A model generated the notes under the pieces. It was not told where the DNA came from. It saw only the letters and a program-made list of their open reading frames with translations, and made no database searches. From contig NC_068990.1 in assembly GCF_001194135.2 (NCBI RefSeq), forward strand, positions 2,008,966 through 2,072,965: a stretch of DNA of 64,000 nt, in the 5' to 3' direction. Positions 1 through 10,220 of this stretch are shown in pieces (positions within the stretch are counted from its first letter, which is position 1; each line of letters starts with the position of its first letter). Origin of the DNA: Octopus bimaculoides (Eukaryota). The position numbers and the translations under genes were made by a program.

Positions 1-1184
1 TAGTAATCCGTGCAAATTTGGCTGAACATAATTACTAATACTACCTAAATCTTAACCCTTATCTGTCGTCTGTTTCATTATCATTTGAACCTTGAAGACT
101 TATTTATTTTAAGATTAAAAGCAAATAATTATAATACGTGGAATTTCTGCTGATTACGTTTTTCAATATGAATATTCCAGTCTCCAGTCTTTCTTTTATA
201 ATGTCATCTTTGCATTGGAACAGAGATGCAAATATTTCGCCCAATCCATAGTCGATAATTGTATCACTGAAAAATCATATCCTCGGGGTGAGGTGCTCCA
301 ACGATAATCAAAATAACCCGATGTTAGATATTCTGTTCAATTATTACTGTTACCGAAAACATCAAATGAGTTGTATCAAGTTGACATCGAAGTAATAGTG
401 TTATCGGGAATTAATGACAGCTCATTTGCATTCATATTTGTAAATACAATAATTTATTGAAGTTTTGCCGATAAAATGCTAAAAGAATCTGATAACATTC
501 ACTACTCTATTGAATCAGACAATAACATACTTGTTAAATACATATTTTATATAATCTGCAAGCTAGCTTTATTTTCTTTTAAACTTCCGATGTACAATTT
601 TGTCAATTTTGTCATTCAGTTAAATTACCTTTTATAAAAGTACAAAGTTAAACTCAAATACTCAACGGGTTTACATCTGTTTATAAATCGTGTTCAAACA
701 ATAAACATGACGTATGGATTATAAAAATGTCTTTATCTACAACTCTTCATAAAGTAATTCATATTGATGTATTTAATGAGAATCGAGGCTGCGCTTGTAA
801 AATATACATTCAAATCTGGCTACACATAATGCATTACTGAAATTGGAAGATCTTTTCCGTTCGCTTCCAATCATTTAAAGGCTTTTCAATTCTCAATGGA
901 TTGTTTTCAAATTTTCAACACATGCATTTTGCATGTCGATGACAAATATTACATTCATTTCCCCGAAAGCTTTGTAATTAACAAGAAAGAAGTATTTTAA
1001 GTTATATATTCTTAGCCAATGAAATTAGCTCAACGCTTTCACAAATGGAAGTCAAAACTATTTGCTGCCATATTTGCCATGGCAACAAACAAACTATCGT
1101 TGAAAAGACAGATAAGAGAGGCGTGAAAATTGAATAGGTCTTTTAAAAAAAGAATCTAATGAAAGCAAGCAAAAAGTGACTCAT
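1..1184 (-). pseudogene. Decayed leucine-rich-repeat gene, possibly a Toll-like receptor ectodomain; runs off the left edge
   Basis: Manual minus-strand translation, joined across many stops and frameshifts. It starts at ATG 1184 with a hydrophobic MSHFLLAFIRFF, followed by LRR-like pieces: NMAANS(L)TSI..SVELISLAKN, VEYLSL, FNxMTKLTKLYI, NMNANELSLIPDNTITSMST, EYLTSGYFDY, LEHLT, FSDTIIDYGLGEIF. No TM or TIR domain is inside the window. Confidence 0.4.
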
Positions 1185-1389
1185 TTTAAAGTAGGAATTT
1201 AATGGAAAAAAAAAGAGATTTAAAAAAGTAGGATTTAATTGAAAGAAAACAATGATGAAATATTTCCGACCTGCCGCTAGAAATAATAGCCAAAATGAAA
1301 CAAATTAATACAACAGAATGTTATGAAATTAATGAAACTAAGATATCCACCGCAGTATCTTTTGAAACAAGCCTTCTTTTTCAAATCTG

Positions 1390-1985
1390 CGGTGCCATAT
1401 AATCTCGCAGATACGAGTCCATTGTAAAACGGTTAGTGCCACTGCGCCATTTACTACCTCGCTCAAAACAGGTAGAAGTGCTTTGTACTTGTTTAGTATG
1501 GGTTTACAAACTCAACATTGTGGTTCACCGTTCTATAGCGAAACTGGCATCCTGGTATTTCAGGAATATGCCAGTAGGTACGTCAAAGGTCACTGTAAGT
1601 CGATGTTACCGGCAGAATTGATTGACGAACGCGTTCTTCGAGTGTGTTACGATCTCGAGAAGGTACGGCAGAAAAAAAACGAACGAAAGAAAAATCATTT
1701 GCTCAGACCTTCTGTAAATAATTTTCGTAATCTACTCCCGCACCGATCCCTTGTTCATCACAAAACTTACTCTCCTCTGCTCTTTGACACAACAGTAGAT
1801 AAATAAAATTATTCTCCTGAAGGAAAGGGTTCCCCCTTCCAACCACGTGTCTCTTCTAATAGACTCAGACCCTCGGCATTATCTCCTGCTACAAGTCCGT
1901 TATATGCAGTCATAGAATTAAGGAAGTGGAGTTGCCATGACAAGGAACAGTTTCGACTTCTTCTGTGAGGACATTGGTTTAAAAT
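1390..1985 (-). mobile_element. Merlin (IS1595/ISXO2-like) DNA transposon, transposase relic
   Basis: Minus frame reads EESKFCDEQGIGAG...QKV*...RFFSAVPSRDRNTLEERVRQSILPVTSTYSDL*RTYWHIPEIPGCQFRYRTVNHNVEFVNPY. This matches the DDE_Tnp_IS1595 pattern (VPxRxxxTL..I.PGT.I.SD.W.AY......H.TVNHS..FV.P). Several stops; TIRs not found. Track ORF 1483..1806+ is its antisense. Confidence 0.8.
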
Positions 1986-2224
1986 TCGTTGGCTGAAAAT
2001 ATACGTAACTTTAATTGCTTCTAACTTCTTTAGGTAAAAAATTTCAAAATAATAACTACGATATTCGCCATCAGTATGCAAAACTATATCAAAAGCGCAT
2101 GTTTTGAAAACTTCCAGATTAAGATTTGCGGTTGGAAGATAACGGAAATGATGTTAATTTATATTAGATTTCAATGACATGTTTTGAAAAGAAATAAAAT
2201 GAAATTCTTACTTTACTATACTAG

Positions 2225-3117
2225 AGTTAATATCGATTTCAAATTTTGGCCTACGGCCAACAATTTGCGGTGAGAAGGTAAGTCGATTACATCCACCCTG
2301 ATACGTAACTGGTACTTATTTTATCGACCACTGAAAGATAAAAAGCAGTCGACCTTGGCGGGATTTGACTTCAGAATGTGAAGACGGACGGAATGTCATC
2401 AAGCATCTTGCCTGGCATGCTAACGACTCTCTTAGCTTGCTGCTTTATGTAGATTTAATATTGGTTTCATATTTTGGCACAAGGCCAGCATTTTCGGGTG
2501 TGGGGTTTAATCGATTACATTGACCCCAGTGCTAAACTGGCACTTATTTTATCGACCCCAGAAGGATGAAAGGCAGAGCCTATCTCTGCGAAATTCGAAC
2601 AAAACATAAAGATGGACGAAAATCCATAAAGCATTTTGCCTTGTGCTAACGATTCTGCCTGCTCGCGGCCTTAAACACGGTCTAATATTCTTTTCTACTC
2701 TAGAAACAAGGTCCGAAATTTTTGGGGAGGAGGCCAGTCGATTAGATCACCCCAGGTCGCAACTGGTACTTAATTTATCGACCCCGAAAAGATGAAAGGC
2801 AAAGTCGACCTCGGCAGAATTTGAACTCAGAACGTAAAGACAGACGAAATAGCGCTAAGTATTTCGCTTGGCGTTCTAACATTTCTTATTTCTTTATTGC
2901 CCACAAGGGGCTAAACATAGAGGGGACAAACAAGGACAGCCAAAGGGATTAAGTCGATTACATCAACCCCAGTGCGTAACTGGTACTTAATTTATCGACC
3001 CCGAAAAGATGACAGGCAAAGTCGCCCTCGGCGGAATTTGAACTCTGAACGTAACGACAGACGAAATACCGCTTAGCATTTCGCCCGGCGTGCTAACGTT
3101 TCTGCCAGCTCGCCGCC
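2225..3117 (-). mobile_element. Head-to-tail train of four tRNA-derived SINEs (family A)
   Basis: Reverse complement repeats GGCGGCGAGCTGGCAGAA..GTTAGC (box A-like), GAGTTCAAATTCC (box B) and GAGGTCGACTTTGCCTTTCATCCTTTCGGGGTCGATAAA..AGTACCAG. The youngest copy is 2881-3117. Confidence 0.85.
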
Positions 3118-4209
3118 TTAACATGGTCTAATATTAATACCACTTCATGTTCATTTTAATAAAGTCTGAAGTACAGTTTGCTTGATTAATAAAGTAATTT
3201 AATTAATATTATACTAAATGCATCGTTATTGATTGGTTTCTGAAGTAATGTACTTACTGTGAAGTGTGTATATATGTATTTATGCATACATACCTTAACA
3301 TAGTACATAGAATATTTTAAACTTCGCATAAAAAAAAAAGATAAATGCTATTATTTGTTGCTAATGCAAGGCTTATTGGCTCATACCTTCTCGTACTCAT
3401 TTAGTTAATAATCTGCATATCATTGTTATGTTAATAAATTATTCATTCACCAACAATTTACTCTACTAAATTATATTTACATATTTTAAAGTATATGTGT
3501 GTAGAATTATTGACTTTTATTCCAAAAGATGTATTTTCCCGACCAGGTTTAAAATTTAAGTTAAAAAATTTAAGATAACTTTTTATTCGCATGGAACATT
3601 AAAAGCTACTGGAACCCTTGGTCGGAGGCATAACGTTTGTTGTCTACAGTTTAATATGTGAAATAGTGGTTGACTGAGCTGTATACAAACTGAGCTGTAT
3701 ACAAATAGTTGACTGAGATGTGGTATACAAATAAACAAACCACAGATCATTGAAATACGTCTCCTCTTTCGTGTTAAGATTCTGTTCAACATCAGAATAC
3801 TTAGTGCTTAACGGATTAGTCCACGTAAAGCTATGTAAAACAAAATAACTTTTTACTCAGTCACAAGACAGAAAGAAGATTTCGAAACATATCTTCTGAT
3901 TTATCATGCAATTAACCGTCGTAAAAAGTAGCGTCTGCAGGGTTTCACGGGAGATGCAAAAGCTAAGCTATTTTTGTATACACACGCACGCATATGTAGG
4001 CATTGGGTTCAATTTAATCGATTAGACCTCCTCCCTCAACATTGCTGGTCATGGACCAACATTTGAAACCATTATTATTATCATAATTATTATTATTTTG
4101 TTGCTGTTATCCATAATCTATTTCCTAAACTGTAATGAAATCCGTAGCAGGGAATGAATGAAAAATGTGACAAACTTTCTAGTCTTTGTTTTTATATATA
4201 TGTATGTAT

Positions 4210-4255
<46 letters not shown>

Positions 4256-4299
4256 CAAGAACATTTAGAAAAATCAAATAAAATAAACAACAAAAATCT

Positions 4300-4600
4300 A
4301 AGGGATGTTTACAGTTAAGGGATGTTTACTATTAGGTAGAAGCGCAATGACGGAAACAGATATAAGAGAAAGTTATTGATAAACGGTATGGCGCTTCGGG
4401 CATAGTCTTTCGTCGTGTATTCAGAGAAAAGTTCAGACGAAGACAGGTGGTTTAGACGACAAACAGATGTATTAGTATAACGCTCGGGAAGTGAAAACGT
4501 CTTTAACGTTTCGAGCCTACGCTCTTCCACAGAAAGGAACACAGAAAGAAACAAGGAGAGAAAATAAAGAATGTGTAAGTGGCTAGCGATTTATCATGGT
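4300..4600 (-). mobile_element. Penelope-like terminal (pseudo-LTR-like) fragment carrying a minimal hammerhead-like motif
   Basis: Contains the hammerhead motif at 4501-4536. The PLE assignment rests on the known association of minimal hammerheads with Penelope-like ends; no ORF is present. Confidence 0.45.
4501..4536 (-). ncRNA. Minimal type I hammerhead-like motif with variant core
   Basis: Minus strand: CTTT-CTGTGGA-A-GAG(CGTAGG)CTC-GAAA-CG-TT-AAAG. Stem I CTTT/AAAG, stem II GAG/CTC, palindromic loopless stem III (ACGT), GUU site. The core is CUGUGGA instead of CUGANGA. Confidence 0.55.
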
Positions 4601-4877
4601 GAATGTATACATATATTTATGTATACATTTCTCTCTCTTCGCTGTTTCTTACTGAGGAAGGCTTAAGAACCAGAAACGCACCTAGGAGTCCGACAGCAGG
4701 AGATACTGATCAGATATTTTGGTTTTACACCTTTTACCATAAGTGAGATTTTTCTTTACAGTAACTGCAGTGCATTTGCCTTTAGAATTTGACATATCAT
4801 ATGTCACAGACATAATTTAACTAACCTGAAGTTCGTTTATTCCTCATCACTGCTTAGCTCTGATACCACTGTATAAA

Positions 4878-4911
<34 letters not shown>

Positions 4912-5120
4912 CATATATATATATTTACACACACACACACACACACACATATAGTGTGCGTGTGTGCGTGCATGTACACACGACATGCACGCAGTTATAT
5001 ATTCTTACCTTCGCTTTTTTGCGTTGTACTGAAGAAAATAAAGAGATTACATTATCGCTGACTGAGGCGTCAGCAGTAATTTTAGTGTAGATAATGGTGA
5101 ATGGAGAAAGCTAAACAGAT

Positions 5121-5170
<50 letters not shown>

Positions 5171-6243
5171 AAAAAGTGAGCCGGAGATAGATGCAAAGAG
5201 AAAACATAGTTGGAAAAAAAAGGCAACAACGAAAATACAGCCTCAAAAAATTATAGAGTATTGGCAGCTGGAATATCTTATATCGTAAATCTTCCCAATG
5301 AAAGTCGCGGTTAAACACAATAACTGCAAACACAGTCGTTTAACTCGAATATTGGGAAACTAGGCAAAGGAACCGCATGCTTCTAAGATCTGACATACTG
5401 AACATAAATAAAATCTATAGTCACTCTTCTAAATTTCGAGGGAGAGCATGAATGTTAAAACAGTTCTATTTCCTCAAGTCTTGGTTTTTGAGTCACCTCA
5501 TCAGAATTGCTTGAGTAAGTTCTATGATCAAATGCGGTCGAGCTCTTACCCTACAGCCATTTTAGAGGTTTTGTACGACTAATTTTTTTTCCATACTCTT
5601 TATTTCTTCCACGGAGTTATAGCGGTGATATATATATATATAAATTTCTTCTGTATAAAACAGTACGATGAAACTGAGGTTTCTTTTATAATACTGCAAT
5701 CATCATGTCACGAACATGAATTTTACTTTCAGACAAATTCTTATAGGTAAACTTTTTTAATGACAAAAAGTTCCCGGAAGATTTCTTTTTTCCAAAGGTC
5801 CTTTGAGTCTCTCCTAAAAACTCACAACGTATCTTTACTAACCTTGTGTTTTATACACTCACTGTCATTACGACATGGTATGCTTAGATACACATTTCCT
5901 ACTATTACTACTTTCTTGTAGCTCAGGCGAGAACGCTGCATCGAGTTCATTTACTTGCTATTTTTTATAGTTCTTTATGCCCGGAGAGAAAAACAAAGAA
6001 AAAACCCTCAAAAAAACAAACAAACAAACAAACAAAAAATAAAGAAACTCTGTTTTCCTAGTATCGCAAGTGATGGGTTGTGATACATATATTCTTCGAG
6101 AATATAACAGTGTGTTGTTTGTAACAAAAACTGTTGTATACATTATTTTATACGTGAGTTATCATGTCTGTACGGCCAGTATATTGTTGATGTTTGCATT
6201 AGATTGTATATGTGTCACCGAGGCAGGTGATAGCTTTACGATC

Positions 6244-6753
6244 NNNNNNNNNNNNNNNNNNNNNNNNNNNNNNNNNNNNNNNNNNNNNNNNNNNNNNNNN
6301 NNNNNNNNNNNNNNNNNNNNNNNNNNNNNNNNNNNNNNNNNNNNNNNNNNNNNNNNNNNNNNNNNNNNNNNNNNNNNNNNNNNNNNNNNNNNNNNNNNNN
6401 NNNNNNNNNNNNNNNNNNNNNNNNNNNNNNNNNNNNNNNNNNNNNNNNNNNNNNNNNNNNNNNNNNNNNNNNNNNNNNNNNNNNNNNNNNNNNNNNNNNN
6501 NNNNNNNNNNNNNNNNNNNNNNNNNNNNNNNNNNNNNNNNNNNNNNNNNNNNNNNNNNNNNNNNNNNNNNNNNNNNNNNNNNNNNNNNNNNNNNNNNNNN
6601 NNNNNNNNNNNNNNNNNNNNNNNNNNNNNNNNNNNNNNNNNNNNNNNNNNNNNNNNNNNNNNNNNNNNNNNNNNNNNNNNNNNNNNNNNNNNNNNNNNNN
6701 NNNNNNNNNNNNNNNNNNNNNNNNNNNNNNNNNNNNNNNNNNNNNNNNNNNNN
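6244..6753. other. Assembly gap; other large gaps at about 15697-16164, 21465-21635, 23734-24022, 48643-48696, 55820-55964 and 62855-63320, plus several 10-N gaps
   Basis: N runs, nearly all flanked by (TA)n, (CA)n or (GA)n tracts. Confidence 0.98.
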
Positions 6754-6804
<51 letters not shown>

Positions 6805-8043
6805 TATGGTTAGTTGGTTAGTTGGTTGGTTTGTCGGTTTGTTGGTTCGTTTATTAGTTGGCTAGTTAGTAATTTATTTAGTCAGTTTGTTAGTAAGATA
6901 TTTATCTAGTTAATTATTTAGGTAGATATGAAGGTAGATATGTAGATAGGTGACTGTGTCATAGCAATGGAGTTTCATGATAACGTAACCGAAGAAATGG
7001 ACCTGGTTTCGAACTTAGTTTGGCATTATGCTTTAAATCAAATGACATTTTCACAATAGATTGGATTGAAGGCAAGCTGGTATTGTTGCTTAGGCATCGG
7101 ATGAAATGTTTTGTAACATTTGTTCCGGTTCTCACCATACTACCCACGGTGGTGCACCAGCATGACCGCAGCCACTTGGCTGAAACACATAAATAAATAA
7201 ATAAATACTAAGTTCAAAATCGGCTAAAATCAACTCTAATTTTCGTTCTTTTGGGGGTCGATAAATAAAGTATTAACCCAAGGTCGTGGATTGACAGAAT
7301 TGTTTAGAACGCCGGATGAGATATCTTGCTGTACCTGTTCCGGTTCTTTGTGCTCTGCTTTCAAATCACTTCTCCTTTAGCCTACATGGAAAAGGTAGCA
7401 TTTTTCTCAAAAGATGGGACCGACAAGTACTATTAGTAACTGAAAATCCAATTGGAAACACAGTTCATTTTGTTCCATCACAAAATCAGTTGCAATTCAG
7501 TGGGATACAATGCTATCTAATCGTAGAATAGTTATATGAAACGTTGCATCTTTTATCAAGCATGGCAACATAGTGTTCCTTCATTTTCTTTCATGTCGGT
7601 GCTGTTGCTTAAGCCAATGTTAGATCATAAAATAGCGAAGTCGTGATCAAAAGCATACAAGTGACAACCAACGTGTCTTTCATTTTCTTTTTTGAGCGTA
7701 GAATATATTTAAGTAAATTATCCAATATTTCCTACCTTTAATAAAATAGATGAAAGTAAAAAAAGATGGGACTTTAAGTGGGATTGTCAGGCTACGTCTA
7801 CGAAAGTTGGCGCAACAGACAAGTATTTTATCTGTTGACGATTTCTATATCTGTCACTTAATGCCATGAAGCAGAGTTAACTCTCATCCCTATATATATA
7901 TCTTTGTGAGTGGGAAGAAGCCTTCATATTTTGAGTTTATATCTCTTTAGGATTGGGGAAATAGATTGCATTTTACGTTCGTGTTTTCATTACTTTAGGC
8001 AGGGGAAATAGATTGCTTTTTACATTTAGTTTTATCTTTTCTG

Positions 8044-8285
8044 TGGTGGTGCGTGGCTTAGTGGTTAGGGGTGTTGCACTCATGATCGTAAGATTGTGGT
8101 TTCCATTCCTGGATCGTGTGACGTGTCGTGTTCTTGAGTCTTGAGAAAAACATTTCGTTTCATGTTGCTTCATTTCGCTCAGCTGGCAAACGTGAGTAAC
8201 CCTGCGACGGACTGGCGTCCCATCCAGGAGGGAAATAAGCACTCCATGAAAACTAGGAAACCAGCCCTATGAGTCTATATGATTT
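8044..8285 (+). mobile_element. tRNA-derived SINE, family C (CORE-like body)
   Basis: GTGGCTTAGTGGTTAGG box A, TTCCATTCC degenerate box B, then GTGTTCTTGAG..AAAACATTTC..GCTCAGCTGGCAAA. Homologous copies at 8690-8888(-), 16835-17075(-) and 57486-57715(+). Confidence 0.75.
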
Positions 8286-8689
8286 GGAAGGTACTTTCCC
8301 TTTTTTTATGCGCTTAGATCATGATTGATAGGATTAGGGCTGGCGAAAGAATATGTAGGGCTAGAGCTATTAACTTTAGATATTTTATTGTTTTCTTTGA
8401 GCTGCTTGGACATTTCTGCTGAGTAAAGATTAAATCAAATGCCCGAGAAATTAGAACTGTTGCTGATGTTTAACTCCGCGCCGGCCTTAATATAGCAGTC
8501 CTATGCTCAAAGGAATTTCAGCCTTAATATTTCTATAATATATCTGTAAAAGTATATATTATCAATGTGTCTCCCATATTTTTTAACGGTTATGAGTTAT
8601 CTGAAGGAGATTTGTCTACATTTCTATAGACTGGGAAATCATAAAGTCTTGAGTGCTAGGACACATAGGGCCAGCTACACGGTTTTTTT

Positions 8690-8888
8690 GATGTGTAAGT
8701 GACTACACTCATGACAACAGCTTTTAATGGGACGTCAGTCCGTCGCAGGAAATTACCATTTACTGCCGAGTGGACTGGAGCAACGTAAAATGAAGTATTT
8801 TGCTCAAGAACACAATGCCCGCTCCGGGAATCGAAACTACAACTGCAAGATCGTCAGTGTAACACACCAACTACTAGGCCACGTGCCG
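8690..8888 (-). mobile_element. SINE family C copy
   Basis: Reverse complement matches the 8044-8285 and 57486-57715 copies. Confidence 0.7.
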
Positions 8889-8996
8889 TCATGCAGACTG
8901 AAGAGCTGTGTAGAATTTAGAGATCGCGAAAGTTCCCGTGCCGACGGTGGTAACCCTGGAATCAGGTAGTCCAAGAAGTGAGCTTGTGTTATAAAT

Positions 8997-9180
8997 GGTG
9001 ACTGGTAATAAAGTCACAAGAAAAGAATTCACTGAAATAATGTCAAAATTTTGGTAGTTTATGGGATCCGGACAAACCCCACTCGGGAAAAACCACCTCA
9101 GACAAAACCCCTGTAACTTCTTTCCTATGATTTTATTACCGTGACTTTTTTTCCTGTGACTTTTTTTTTACCATGGATTC
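8997..9180. mobile_element. 184-bp MITE with a perfect 9-bp TSD (Mutator/MULE-type)
   Basis: GTTATAAAT at 8988-8996 and 9181-9189. Imperfect TIRs TGGTAATAAAGTCACAAGAAAA / TTTTCCTGTGACTTTTTTTTACCA, with internal GGACAAACCCC-type motifs. Confidence 0.75.
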
Positions 9181-9904
9181 GTTATAAATACCTACCGTTT
9201 TGGAGACTGAACTCAAGAAAAGTATCTCTAGTGAAGTGGACTACTGTCTCAGAAAGTTTTGTATGTTAAGTGCATGTTAGCTAGTTGTTAGCCACCTAGT
9301 TAGTTAGTTAAGTGCATGTTAGCTCGTGCATGTTGTACGTTAGCTAGAGCTGGCACTGTCAGGAGACCCAGTAGCTCTTATAAACGCAAGAGAAGTGAAG
9401 GACAAAATATTTCTTAGTGTTATATTAGTACGTTTAAAGTGTCTTGTAGAATCATAACGTTGGCTTTATGATCTGCATAGAAGCATATGGTTCTAACTGA
9501 AATAGTTAGAGGCTATTGTGTTGTTTCTACCTATTCAGATAATAATAAATACACTTTCTGTTTAGTAATGATAAGTAAAGAACATACATATATACATTCG
9601 TATAAACACAGACAAACAGACACACAACACGCACACACATACACACATATGCATATACATGCATACACACATACACACACATTTTATTGAAATAGTTTAT
9701 CATGGTACTTGAGTTTAGGTTGACACTAATCAATTCAAATTTCGCATTTGGTTGCGTGAGTAGATATGTATTTATGAATACATGCTTAAGCATCAGATAA
9801 ATGTATGCAGTTGACAATGAAATAAATGGATTTAATAGGAATCATGTCTGGTTTTCATTTAAAATTGTATTAGATCAAGAAATATATATATATANNNNNN
9901 NNNN

Positions 9905-9946
<42 letters not shown>

Positions 9947-10220
9947 AGTTTTGCTTCGTATTTTGTCTGTCATTTCAAGACAGTCTAAGATAGTGAAGTC
10001 CATAAGTTAATGACGCATGTAGAAACCTATGAGCTGTGAGAGTGCACCTTAGAGTTGCGATTCTTTGAGGTATAGGTCAGAGTGATATTGTTAGTATGGA
10101 GTGTGGTGCGTGAAACAATGTAGTGACCAGGAAGAGATGATGAATAGGTTAATATGATTATCTTACGCAGAGGAAATACATGGTTTGTTAGTTCACAAGC
10201 ACATAAACTATTTTAGTAAG

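Noticed and set aside
6070-6865. Long ORFs spanning N-runs or microsatellites (also 15647-16237, 17220-17454, 21370-21867, 23632-24177, 55677-56499, 62820-63373 and others)
   Set aside because: Open only because Ns and simple repeats lack stops.
8044-8120. SINE heads as genuine tRNA genes (also 25573, 57486, 60049)
   Set aside because: Box A/B are present, but there is no complete cloverleaf, and each continues into a SINE body.
8898-8940. CTGAAGA-GC...GC-GAAA, and similar partial cores at about 5498(-), 29133(-), 43484(-) and 54099(-)
   Set aside because: At most 2-3 bp of stem II and no stem III/I; expected by chance in 64 kb.
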